A stretch of DNA of 64,000 bases from Alphaproteobacteria bacterium (GTDB lineage: Bacteria; Pseudomonadota; Alphaproteobacteria; CALKHQ01). The position numbers and the translations under genes were made by a program. Below are positions 22,114 through 31,163 of the stretch, one piece after another. The notes under the pieces are model-generated. The model was not told the origin of the DNA and did not search any database. It saw only the letters and a list, made by a program, of their open reading frames with translations. Position 1 is the first letter of the stretch; each line of letters starts with the position of its first letter. The stretch spans positions 1,184,001 through 1,248,000 of the forward strand of contig CBDDFZ010000001.1 of the NCBI GenBank assembly GCA_965227515.1, in the 5' to 3' direction.

Positions 22114-23301
22114 ATGTTCGTTTTGAATGATTGGCTGATTGATCCCGCATCCCGCCGCGCCACCCGCGGGGCGCAGACCGTACGACTTTCACCGAAAGCG
22201 ATGGCGGTTCTGGAAACCTTGCGCGCGGCCTCGGGCGCCGTGTTGTCCCGCCAGGAACTGCTCGGACAGGTATGGCCGGGCGTGACGGTGGGCGAAGAGG
22301 TGCTGACCCATGCCATCGCAGAGCTGCGGCGCGCGCTGGGCGATGACAGGCGCCGGCCGCGCTATATCGAGACCGTGCACAAGTCGGGCTACCGCCTGAT
22401 TGGCGACGAAGCGTCGCCGGTCGCCGGGGCCGCTGTGCGCGATATCGCCACCTACGCAACCTACCTGCAGGGCAGCGAGCTGTTCTTCCGCGGCGGCCAG
22501 CACAACGTGGAGCTGGCGGTCAGGACCTTCGGCGAGATGGTGGCCGCCGAGCCGACCAACGTGCTGGGCCATGTCGGCATGGTTCGCGCGCTCTTCCTGA
22601 AGAGCCGCTATTTCGGCGGTGGGATGCTGGACCAGGAGCTGTTGGACCGGCACGCCCACCAGGCCATGGTGCTGGCGCCCGCGCGGGCCGAGGCCCATGC
22701 AAGCATGGGCGTGGCGCACGCGGCCGTCGGCCGCCACCAGGATGCGTTGGCGAGCTTCGCCACATCGGTGCGGTTGGACCCGCACGGCTGGGAGGCCCAC
22801 TACCTGATGGGCCGGATTTGCCTCAGCCAGGGCGACTACCGGCTTGCGGCACTGATGCTGGAGCGGGCGGCGACCCTCAGGGCCGACGACTTCCACTCGC
22901 AGATGCTGGCGGCGAAGGCGCGGCGGTTCCTGGAGGACGAGGTCCAGTACCGGCGCAATCTGGTGCTGTCGCGACAGCGCATCGAAGCCCATGTCCAGGC
23001 CGCGCCCGACGATTTGCGGGCGTTGACGGACCTGGCCTTCTGCGCCATCGAGCTTGGCGACACCTCGGCCGGCATGGGTATGACCGAGCAGCTACTGGCA
23101 GGGCCCGACGACGGCCATTTCTTCTATCTCGTGTGCGCGCTCGCCCGCGTCGGTGAAAAGGCGCTGGCGCTCGATACGTTCGAGAAGATCATCGAGCACG
23201 GTTGGAAGGACCATGCCTGGCTCGCCCACGACCGCGACATCGACAGCCTGCGCCAGGAACCACGGTTCGGGCGCCTGCAATCGGAGTTGCAGGCGGCGTG
23301 A
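22114..23301 (+). CDS. Winged-helix (CadC/Trans_reg_C) plus TPR transcriptional regulator
   Basis: 'LSRQELLGQVW...LTHAIAELRRALGD...YIETVHKSGYRL' followed by TPR-like helices. Confidence 0.88.
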   Translation: MFVLNDWLIDPASRRATRGAQTVRLSPKAMAVLETLRAASGAVLSRQELLGQVWPGVTVGEEVLTHAIAELRRALGDDRRRPRYIETVHKSGYRLIGDEASPVAGAAVRDIATYATYLQGSELFFRGGQHNVELAVRTFGEMVAAEPTNVLGHVGMVRALFLKSRYFGGGMLDQELLDRHAHQAMVLAPARAEAHASMGVAHAAVGRHQDALASFATSVRLDPHGWEAHYLMGRICLSQGDYRLAALMLERAATLRADDFHSQMLAAKARRFLEDEVQYRRNLVLSRQRIEAHVQAAPDDLRALTDLAFCAIELGDTSAGMGMTEQLLAGPDDGHFFYLVCALARVGEKALALDTFEKIIEHGWKDHAWLAHDRDIDSLRQEPRFGRLQSELQAA

Positions 23302-23324
23302 GGCTGCCGCCAATCCCCTCACTT

Positions 23325-23356
23325 ATCGTCGCCCTCGCCCTTGTGGCGAGGACGAC
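23325..23356. repeat. Collapsed family A element
   Basis: ATCGTCGCCCTCGCCCTTGTGGCGAGGACGAC is the left arm fused to the tip of the right arm. Confidence 0.75.
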
Positions 23357-23457
23357 AAAGAAAAAGTGCCAAAGTTGGTGCGGCTCTGGGCGAACCAAGA
23401 GGCACGGAGGCCGAGCGCGTCACTAACCTGGTCGTTCCAGCGTAAGCCGAGCCTGAC

Positions 23458-25245
23458 CTAGTGACTCTCGCGCGGTACCGGGGCGCCGGACTTGCCGACC
23501 AGGAAGTCGAGGTCGGCGCCGGTGTTGGCCTGCTGCACGTGGTCGACATAGAGCTTGTAGTAGCCGCGCTGCCAGCCGACATCAGGCGCTGTCCATTCGG
23601 CGCGGCGGCGCTCCAGCTCCTCGTCGCTGACGTCCAGGTGCAGGCGCCGGCCCTTGACGTCGAGCTCGATCATGTCGCCATTGCGCACCAGCGCCAGCGG
23701 GCCGCCGACGGCCGCCTCCGGTGCCGTATGCAGCACCACGGTGCCATAGGCGGTGCCTGACATGCGCGCGTCGGACACGCGGACCATGTCCTCCACGCCC
23801 TGCTTCAGGATCTTCTGGGGCAGCGCCATGTTGCCGACCTCTGCCATGCCGGGGTAGCCCTTCGGGCCGCAGTTCTTCAGCACCATGATGCAGGTGGGGT
23901 CGATGTCGAGGTCGGGGTCGTCGACCCGCGCCTTGTAGTCGTCGATATCCTCGAACACCACCGCGCGGCCCTTGTGCTGCATCAGCGCCGGCGTCGCCGC
24001 CGATGGCTTGATGATCGCCCCGTCCGGCGCCAGGTTGCCGCGCAGCACGGCGCAGCCGGCGTTGGCCATCAAGGGCTTGTCGAACGGCATGATGACGTCT
24101 TCGTTCCAGTTCTTCGCGTCGGCGATGTTCTCGCCGATGGTCTGGCCGTTGATGGTCAGCGCGTCCTCGTGCAGCAGGCCCTTCTCGGCGAGCTGCTTGA
24201 GGACCACCGGCAGGCCGCCGGCATAATAGAAGTCCTCCATCAGGTACTTGCCCGACGGCATCAGGTTCACCATGCACGGCACGTCGTGGCCGAGCTCATC
24301 CCAGTCGTCGAGCGAGATGTCGACGCCGACGCGCCCGGCGATCGCCAGCAGGTGGATGACCGCGTTGGTCGAGCCGCCGATGGCGCCGTTGGTGCGGATC
24401 GCGTTCTCGAACGCCTTGCGGGTGAGGATGCGCGACATGCGCATGTCCTCGTGCACCAGTTCCACCGCGCGCTTGCCGACCATGTGCGCGAGCACCGAGC
24501 GGCGGCTGTCGGCGGCCGGGATCGCGGCGTTGGTCGGCAGGCCCATGCCCAGGCTCTCGACCATCGAGGCCATGGTGGAGGCGGTACCCATGGTCATGCA
24601 GTGGCCGACACTGCGCGACATGGCGGCTTCGGCCTCCATGAACTGCTCGGTCGACATCTCGCCGGCCTTGACCATGGCGTCGTACTTCCAGACGTGGGTG
24701 CCGGAGCCGACGAGGTCGTGGCCGTAGCGGCCGTTCAGCATCGGGCCGCCGGAGAGCGTGATGGTCGGCAGGTCGCAGCTCGCCGCCCCCATCATCAGCG
24801 CCGGGGTGGTCTTGTCGCAGCCGACCATCAGCACCACGCCATCCAGCGGGTTGGCACGGATCGACTCTTCCACGTCCATGGCGGCCAGGTTGCGGAACAG
24901 CATGGCGGTCGGGCGCATCACCACTTCGCCGGTGGAGGTGACCGGGAATTCGAGCGGGAAGCCGCCGGCTTCGAAGATGCCGCGCTTCACCTTCTCCGCG
25001 AGGTCGCGGAAGTGGGCGTTGCAGGGGTTGGTCTCGGACCAGGTGTTGCAGATGCCGATGACCGGCCGGCCGTCGAACAGATGGCTCGGCAGGCCCTGGT
25101 TGCGCATCCACGAGCGGTGGGCGAAGCCGTCCTTGTCCTTCTTGCCGAACCATTCGGTCGAGCGCAGCGCGCCGCTGGGCGCATGGGTCTCGACCTCTCC
25201 GTTCGAGGTGCCGTTCGATTTCTTCTTGTCGCCGCCGTCGGCCAT
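23458..25245 (-). CDS. IlvD/Edd family sugar-acid dehydratase (L-arabinonate dehydratase-like)
   Basis: 'ICNTWSETNPCN', 'GCDKTTP', 'GHCMTMGTASTM', 'GGSTNA', 'SDARMSGTAYG'. Confidence 0.92.
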   Translation of the reverse strand: MADGGDKKKSNGTSNGEVETHAPSGALRSTEWFGKKDKDGFAHRSWMRNQGLPSHLFDGRPVIGICNTWSETNPCNAHFRDLAEKVKRGIFEAGGFPLEFPVTSTGEVVMRPTAMLFRNLAAMDVEESIRANPLDGVVLMVGCDKTTPALMMGAASCDLPTITLSGGPMLNGRYGHDLVGSGTHVWKYDAMVKAGEMSTEQFMEAEAAMSRSVGHCMTMGTASTMASMVESLGMGLPTNAAIPAADSRRSVLAHMVGKRAVELVHEDMRMSRILTRKAFENAIRTNGAIGGSTNAVIHLLAIAGRVGVDISLDDWDELGHDVPCMVNLMPSGKYLMEDFYYAGGLPVVLKQLAEKGLLHEDALTINGQTIGENIADAKNWNEDVIMPFDKPLMANAGCAVLRGNLAPDGAIIKPSAATPALMQHKGRAVVFEDIDDYKARVDDPDLDIDPTCIMVLKNCGPKGYPGMAEVGNMALPQKILKQGVEDMVRVSDARMSGTAYGTVVLHTAPEAAVGGPLALVRNGDMIELDVKGRRLHLDVSDEELERRRAEWTAPDVGWQRGYYKLYVDHVQQANTGADLDFLVGKSGAPVPRESH

Positions 25246-25357
25246 CGTATTTCCCTCCCGAAAATCTCCGGCCTTGCGACCGTGTGCGGCGCGATCATAG
25301 AACCCGCCGCCGCATTGCGCGATACTCATCCACGCATTGCGGCATTGTATCTAACGC

Positions 25358-25447
25358 AGTCTGCGCCGGCCCTCTCCCCCACCCGGCCGCCCAACGACAG
25401 TATGCTAGATTGGGTGGCCGGGTGGGGGAGAGGGCTGGTGCCGATTT
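25358..25447 (+). repeat. Family B hairpin
   Basis: Same arms as the 8190 copy; loop ACGACAGTAT. Confidence 0.88.
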
Positions 25448-25468
25448 AGCAGAAGAAGAGAGTCTTGC

Positions 25469-26197
25469 ATGGCTGGTAGGCCCATCATCGGCGTGACGCT
25501 GGACAGCGAGCAGGCCGACGCGCCCGACCGCGCGCGCTATTCGAAGTTCCCGTGGTACGCGGTACGGCAGAACTATTGCGCAGCGATTGCCGCGGCCGGC
25601 GGGCTGCCGGTGGCGTTGCCGCACGAGCCCGACCGCGCCGGCGACTATCTGGACCTGATCGACGGGTTGCTGGTCACCGGCGGCGCGTTCGATGTCGACC
25701 CGGCGATGTTCGGCGCCGGCGAGCGCCACGCGACCGTGGTGACCAAGGACCGGCGCACCGCGTTCGAGCTGGCGGTGACGCGCGGTGCGCTCGACCGCGA
25801 GATGCCGGTGCTTGGCATCTGCGGCGGCCAGCAATTGCTGCACGTGGTGCTGGGCGGGACCCTGATCCAGCACATCCCCGACGCGGTGCCGAACGCGCTG
25901 GCCCACGAGCAGCCGAACCCGCGCGACGAGGCCGGCCATTCGGTCGCGGTCGCCGCCGGCACGCTGCTGCATCGCATCGCCCAGGCCGACGAGTTGCAGG
26001 TCAATTCGGCCCATCACCAGGCCGCTGCCGACGCGCCCGACGGCGTGGTGATCAATGCCCGCGCGCCGGACGGGGTGATCGAGGGCATGGAGGCCCCCGC
26101 CCACCGCTTCTGCCTGGGCGTGCAGTGGCACCCGGAGTTCCACATCTCCACCGCCGACGCCGCCATCTTCCAGGCGTTTGTCGGGGCGAGCAGGTAG
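25469..26197 (+). CDS. Gamma-glutamyl-gamma-aminobutyrate hydrolase family (peptidase C26, PuuD-like)
   Basis: 'PVLGICGGQQ', 'VNSAHHQA', 'GVQWHPE'. Confidence 0.92.
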   Translation: MAGRPIIGVTLDSEQADAPDRARYSKFPWYAVRQNYCAAIAAAGGLPVALPHEPDRAGDYLDLIDGLLVTGGAFDVDPAMFGAGERHATVVTKDRRTAFELAVTRGALDREMPVLGICGGQQLLHVVLGGTLIQHIPDAVPNALAHEQPNPRDEAGHSVAVAAGTLLHRIAQADELQVNSAHHQAAADAPDGVVINARAPDGVIEGMEAPAHRFCLGVQWHPEFHISTADAAIFQAFVGASR

Positions 26198-26240
26198 GGT
26201 GCCTACGCTGCCACGGCTCGCTCACACCATCCGCTAACCG

Positions 26241-26897
26241 ATGACCGATCACATCAAACGGATGGCCGACAATCTCGGCCGCCTGCTCGCCAACCGGTCC
26301 ACCGTGGCCCGGGTGCATGCCGCCGCGTCCCGCGCCGAACCGGAGGTGAGGATCGCCATCGCCAGCCTGCTGTCCGTCATCCAGGGCGCGCGGGTCGTGG
26401 GCCTCGATCACGAGATGAAAAGCCTGGGCTCGATCGACGAGAAGCTCGCCCGTATCGACAGCCTGAGCCAGCTCCGCGACACGCTGCGCTACACCCTGGT
26501 GCTCGGCGGTATGAACTTCGCCAATCAGGTGCTGGCCGCGGCGGATCATCTGCTCAAGCGCGGCCTGCGCTGCACCCGGCTGGAGGCGACAGAGGGCCAG
26601 AAGGGGTGGGCGCGTGGCTATATGGGCGTCAACAGTAACTGGCTGACCGGCGACCGGACGGTGTTCGAAATCCAGTTCCACACCGAACTGACCTGGTACG
26701 CCAAGACCGAGAGCCACGGCGCGTACGAGGTGTGGCGCCAGGACCCGAGCAACATCGCCAAGCGCGAGGCCAACACGCAGCGCTACCGCGAGTGCTTCCA
26801 GGTCGGCGCGGGCAAGCTGGGCGTCGAGCAGTGGAAGCTCGACGGCACCCGCGAGGTGCTGAACCGGTGGTTTGCGCAGAACGGTAGCAAAGCCTGA
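26241..26897 (+). CDS. Stand-alone RelA/SpoT-like nucleotidyltransferase (Apk2/XopAD-type small alarmone synthetase-like)
   Basis: 'MKSLGSIDEK', 'DTLRYT', 'GYMGVN', 'FEIQFHT...K...HGAYE..R' match SYNTH-domain motifs in the right order. Confidence 0.7.
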   Translation: MTDHIKRMADNLGRLLANRSTVARVHAAASRAEPEVRIAIASLLSVIQGARVVGLDHEMKSLGSIDEKLARIDSLSQLRDTLRYTLVLGGMNFANQVLAAADHLLKRGLRCTRLEATEGQKGWARGYMGVNSNWLTGDRTVFEIQFHTELTWYAKTESHGAYEVWRQDPSNIAKREANTQRYRECFQVGAGKLGVEQWKLDGTREVLNRWFAQNGSKA

Positions 26898-26919
26898 CCC
26901 GAGGAGGGCCTGGGCGGGG

Positions 26920-28266
26920 TCACACCAGGTTCTTTACGTCGGACGAGAACGTGGGGAAGGCGAACACCTGCGCCTTGAGCTGCCCGGCGGTGATGCCATG
27001 CTTCATGGCCAGCGCGAACAGGTGGATCAGCTCTTCGCCCTGGTGGCCGACGAGATGCGCGCCGAGGATGCGGTCGGTGCCGTCCTCGACCAGCGTCTTC
27101 GCCCAGGCGACCGTCTCGCCATAGCTCTTGCCGGAGAACCAGCCGGTCATGTCGTTCACCGAGGTCTTGAACTTGAGCCCGCGTTCGCTCGCCTCCGCTT
27201 CGGTCAGACCGACCGCGCTGAGCGCCGGTACCGTGTAGACGCTTGAGGGGATGGCCGCGTAGTCCGGCGTGTGCGTTCCAACGTCGACGATGTTGCGGCC
27301 GACGATCTGGCCCTCGTAGGTCGCGATCGGCGATAGCTGGGCCGAGGTCGACAGCACGTCGCCGGCGACCCACACGGCGGGGTTGGTGGTGGAACGCAGA
27401 TGGTCGTCGGTAACGATGCGCAGGCCGTCGTGCGCGACATTGGCGGCGTCGAGGTCTAGGCCCTCGATATTTGCGATGCGGCCGGTGCCATTCACCACGC
27501 GGTCGGCAACGATGGCACGGCTGTCGCCGTCCACCGTGTAGCGGACCTCGAGCTGGTCGCCGTGGGGCGCGATGGCCTCGATCTTCACGCCGGTCTGGAC
27601 CTGGATGCCGATGCGCTCGCTTTCGGCCCGGATCCGGTCGACCGCGTCGGCGTCCATGCGCGGCAACAGCCGGGGCAACGCCTCCAGGATCGTCACCTGC
27701 GCACCGGCCCGCGCATAGACGTGGCTGAACTCCATCGCGATGACGCCGCCGCCGACAAAGACCACCGAGCCCGGCAGCGTACGCTCCGACAGGACGTCGT
27801 CGGATGTGATCATCAGGTCCGCGCCGGGGATCGGCAGCGGCCTGGTTCTGGATCCGGTCGCGATGACGATGTTGTCGGCGGTGAGCGCGTCGTCTCCGAC
27901 CTGTACCGAATTCGGGCCGGTGAACCGTGCCCGGCCGCGAAACACGGTACCGCGCTTGGCCGCAAGGTCGGCCATGGCATCGGGAATGTGGCCGATCATG
28001 TCCTTCTCGCGGTCGATCAGCTTCGCCCAGTCCAAGGTCGGCTTGCCGACCGAGATGCCGTGAACGGGGGCGCGTTCGATCTCGTCGAGCGCGTGGGCGG
28101 CCGCCACCAGCACCTTCTTAGGCGTGCAGCCGCGATTAGGGCAGGTGCCGCCGAAGTCGCGTTCCTCGATGAACGCGATCGACTTGCCCGCATCATGCAG
28201 GATGGCCGAGGCGCCGAACCCGGCGTTGCCGCCGCCTATGATGATGACATCGAAATGCTGGCTCAT
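26920..28266 (-). CDS. Class I pyridine nucleotide-disulfide oxidoreductase (glutathione reductase-like)
   Basis: 'IIGGGNAG', 'GGTCPNRGCTPKK', 'VGGGVIAMEF', C-terminal 'FPTFSSD'. Confidence 0.9.
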   Translation of the reverse strand: MSQHFDVIIIGGGNAGFGASAILHDAGKSIAFIEERDFGGTCPNRGCTPKKVLVAAAHALDEIERAPVHGISVGKPTLDWAKLIDREKDMIGHIPDAMADLAAKRGTVFRGRARFTGPNSVQVGDDALTADNIVIATGSRTRPLPIPGADLMITSDDVLSERTLPGSVVFVGGGVIAMEFSHVYARAGAQVTILEALPRLLPRMDADAVDRIRAESERIGIQVQTGVKIEAIAPHGDQLEVRYTVDGDSRAIVADRVVNGTGRIANIEGLDLDAANVAHDGLRIVTDDHLRSTTNPAVWVAGDVLSTSAQLSPIATYEGQIVGRNIVDVGTHTPDYAAIPSSVYTVPALSAVGLTEAEASERGLKFKTSVNDMTGWFSGKSYGETVAWAKTLVEDGTDRILGAHLVGHQGEELIHLFALAMKHGITAGQLKAQVFAFPTFSSDVKNLV

Positions 28267-28299
28267 GGCTGAGAGCTCCCATTGCTGCAACGGTCGCCG

Positions 28300-28956
28300 T
28301 TAATTCGCGGCGCCGTTGGTCTGGTGGTCCTGAAGCTCCTCCAGTTGTTCCCTCAGTGATGCGTTCTCCGCCTTCAGGCGCGAAATCTCATGGCGCAGGT
28401 CCGACAGGTGCGGCTCCAATTCGTCGAGCGTCAGGCGCTGTGGGATGTGCTGCGGGCAATTCCAGTCGAACGCGGCTATTTCGATGATCACCGCGCGCTC
28501 CGGCCGCGCCTTGTAGCCGTCGACGAAGAGCTGCTCGATCAGGGCGGGATCGTCGGCGATGTCGACCAGCCGGGCATGGCCCCAGATCTTCAGCCGGGCG
28601 CGGTTGGGATAGTCCATCAGGATCAGCGCGACCCGGCCGTCGGACGCCAGATTGCCGGTGCTGATGTACTGCCGGTTGCCGCGGAAGTCGGCGTAGCCGA
28701 TGGTGTTGGCGTCGATCACGCGCAGGAAGCCCGGCGGGCCGCCCCGAAACTGCACATAGGGCCATCCCGTCTCCGACACCGTGGCCTGGTAGAAGCCGTC
28801 GCGGGCCTCGATGAACGCGGCCTCGTTGATGGTCAGCGTGGCGTTCGGCTCGACCTCGGGCGCTGTGAACCGGGCATAGGACTGCGCGGAGCCCTGGCGG
28901 GTCTGCTCATCGAGCACGGCCGGCGTGAAGGCGATTTCTGCAAAGGCGCGGGCCAT
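28300..28956 (-). CDS. Pyridoxamine 5'-phosphate oxidase family protein
   Basis: 'GWPYVQFRGGPPGF', 'ADFRGNRQYIS', 'AFDWNCPQHI'. Confidence 0.9.
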   Translation of the reverse strand: MARAFAEIAFTPAVLDEQTRQGSAQSYARFTAPEVEPNATLTINEAAFIEARDGFYQATVSETGWPYVQFRGGPPGFLRVIDANTIGYADFRGNRQYISTGNLASDGRVALILMDYPNRARLKIWGHARLVDIADDPALIEQLFVDGYKARPERAVIIEIAAFDWNCPQHIPQRLTLDELEPHLSDLRHEISRLKAENASLREQLEELQDHQTNGAAN

Positions 28957-29017
28957 GGGCTCCTCCGACACGCGGTGCGGGGGATGCGCGCCCAACGGCA
29001 GGGCGGCCCATCATAAA

Positions 29018-29073
29018 TGCACCGATCAGTTCACTTACTGTCGAGAGATGGTGCGCCCAGCGGGCTCTGTCAA
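29018..29073 (-). promoter_or_regulatory. Putative sigma70 promoter with TetR-like operator
   Basis: TTGACA on the - strand at 29073-29068; imperfect palindrome TGCACCGATCAGTTCA at 29018-29033. Confidence 0.5.
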
Positions 29074-29109
29074 CCGCAATCGAGACCCAAGATAGGATGA
29101 ACCTCGGTT

Positions 29110-29496
29110 CTAGCCCGCGCGATAGAAGGCGTTCACGGCCGGCACGAACTCGATGCCGGGGATGCGCGCGCGCCACTCGTCCTTCCGCGCCTCGGTCCAG
29201 TCGGCATAGAGCTTCACGTCCGACGGGCGGGTCAGCACGCCGCCGGACAGATAGGCGTGGTGTTCCTTCACATGGGCGCCGAGCAGGTGCGCCTCCAGCC
29301 CCTCGTAGCGCCGAAACACTTCCATCCAGCGATAGGTCACTTCGTCCGCGGTCTCGGCCACCCGCATCTGCAGGTGCACCAGCATGTCGGGCTCGATCTC
29401 CTTCACCTGCGCCTGCACGCCGGCGGACCGGCGCTCGTATTCCGATGCGTGGTCGGGATGGACATATTCGAATGCTTCCAGGACGAAGTAGCTCAT
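29110..29496 (-). CDS. ABM-family (putative quinol monooxygenase) protein
   Basis: 'EPDMLVH...YRWMEVFRRYEGLEAHL' ferredoxin-like ABM pattern. Confidence 0.7.
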   Translation of the reverse strand: MSYFVLEAFEYVHPDHASEYERRSAGVQAQVKEIEPDMLVHLQMRVAETADEVTYRWMEVFRRYEGLEAHLLGAHVKEHHAYLSGGVLTRPSDVKLYADWTEARKDEWRARIPGIEFVPAVNAFYRAG

Positions 29497-29606
29497 GTGG
29501 ATTCCGTGCCGATTCCGATGATCAAGTGACGCAGGCATGTTGCCCTAACTGCCACCAGCGGGCCAAGCTACCGCTCACGTGATTTCAAAAAAGGGGAGCG
29601 AAACGC

Positions 29607-30152
29607 ATGGCCGACATGCCCACCGTGATCGACGAGAACACCATGTCCAACAGCTTCGTGGGCGACACGAAGCAGGTTTGTTTGGTGACGCGGGACTTCT
29701 ATCGCACGATGGAGGGCATGGTGCGCGCCGGCATCGGCCCGTGGCGCGTGTACACCTTCGGCCCCGAAACGATGACCGATATCACCTATCGCGGCAAGCC
29801 GTCCCAGCACGCCATGAAGCTGGGCCTCGCGTTCTCCGGCGACATGTGCTGGGAGATCGTGCAGTCGCTGGCCGGCCCGAACATCTACGAGGAGTTCCTG
29901 GAGAAGCACGGCGAGGGCATCCACCACATCGCGTTCACCTGCAACGACATCCCGTGGGAAGAGCAGATCAGGTCGTTCGAGGACCGCGGCTACACGATGA
30001 TCCAGTCAGGTCTGTGGCAGGGCAAGTTCCCGCATGCCTATTTCGAGACCGAGGGCGAGACCACGACGACCTTCGAGATCTATGCCAACCCGAAGGACTT
30101 CTCCTGGCCGGAGCCGGAGGAGTGGTACCCGGCCCCGCCGCCGGGCGCCTGA
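29607..30152 (+). CDS. VOC/glyoxalase family protein (Glyoxalase_4)
   Basis: 'QVCLVTRD', 'WEIVQSLAGPNIYEEFLEKHGEGIHHIAF'. Confidence 0.88.
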   Translation: MADMPTVIDENTMSNSFVGDTKQVCLVTRDFYRTMEGMVRAGIGPWRVYTFGPETMTDITYRGKPSQHAMKLGLAFSGDMCWEIVQSLAGPNIYEEFLEKHGEGIHHIAFTCNDIPWEEQIRSFEDRGYTMIQSGLWQGKFPHAYFETEGETTTTFEIYANPKDFSWPEPEEWYPAPPPGA

Positions 30153-30182
30153 CGGCGGGGATGTGACGGCGCATCACACGCG

Positions 30183-31076
30183 TCAGCACGGCTCCATCTG
30201 CAACACGGGACTGCCATTCAGGAAGTTGACGTTCAGCCGGCGGCCAACGGCGGTGTCGAAGAAATCGACCTGCATGGTCGAATGCCACGTCTCGCCCTCG
30301 CCGCCGCATGACGACTGGATGATCCAGGACAGAGCCGGGTTGCCCTGCGGCTCGATCGACAGGAAGTCGCAATAGGACTCGTAGAAGCCAACGCCGGTGC
30401 CGCTGAAGTTGGCGAACGGCGCGTCGCCGCTGTCGACGCAGTTGGCGCCGACGGAGCCCCAATAGCCCTCGAACAGCCAGCGGCCGTTCACGAAACCCTG
30501 CGCGGGCCCGGGCGCGGCCGGACTTGGCTCGGCCTCCGCCGCGATATTGCCACTCCACCCACTGGGCAATGTGAAGAACTGCCATTCCTGGTCGGGGTGC
30601 GTCTCGCATGCCCAGACATTGGGCTGCCCGCCGTCGTACGCACCGTGTTGCTGTAGGTTCAGGCACATATTGTGCGCGCGGTTTCGGATCTTGAACCAGC
30701 CGCCACCGATGTCCTCCACGCGCCACTCCTGATCAGGGTGCGGCTCACACGCCCACACATTCGGCCGTCCACCGTTGTAGGCCTCATGCGGCTGCAAGTT
30801 CAGGCACATATTCCAGGACCGGTTGCGGATCTTGTACCACCCGCCGCCAATGTCCTCGATCCACCACTCCTGATCCGGGTGCTCGACGCAGCCGAAGACG
30901 TCAGGGAAGCCGCCGTTAAAAGCGCCCTGGTCGCGCAGGTTCAGGCACATGCTCCAGCCGCGATTGGCGATCTTGAGCCATTGATCGTCCCAGGCCTGGG
31001 ACGCGCCGGCAAACAGGCCGAGGTTGAAAAACACGACGCATATGCAAACGAATATTTTCCCCACAGCGCTGATCAT
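30183..31076 (-). CDS. Secreted ricin-B (beta-trefoil) lectin domain protein
   Basis: Signal peptide; three 47-aa repeats 'KIxNR..MCLNL...C..HPDQEW' with QxW motifs; unknown C-terminal domain. Confidence 0.85.
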   Translation of the reverse strand: MISAVGKIFVCICVVFFNLGLFAGASQAWDDQWLKIANRGWSMCLNLRDQGAFNGGFPDVFGCVEHPDQEWWIEDIGGGWYKIRNRSWNMCLNLQPHEAYNGGRPNVWACEPHPDQEWRVEDIGGGWFKIRNRAHNMCLNLQQHGAYDGGQPNVWACETHPDQEWQFFTLPSGWSGNIAAEAEPSPAAPGPAQGFVNGRWLFEGYWGSVGANCVDSGDAPFANFSGTGVGFYESYCDFLSIEPQGNPALSWIIQSSCGGEGETWHSTMQVDFFDTAVGRRLNVNFLNGSPVLQMEPC

Positions 31077-31163
31077 TTTGTGTTCCTTTTTTGGCAAGCG
31101 GGAACGGACGTCGCTGCCAACTTAAGACGGGCGCCGCTGTAAGAACAGGTATTTTGAATATTG

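Noticed and set aside
26920-28266. Mercuric reductase MerA
   Set aside because: No C-terminal Cys-Cys pair, no N-terminal metal-binding domain, no mer genes nearby.
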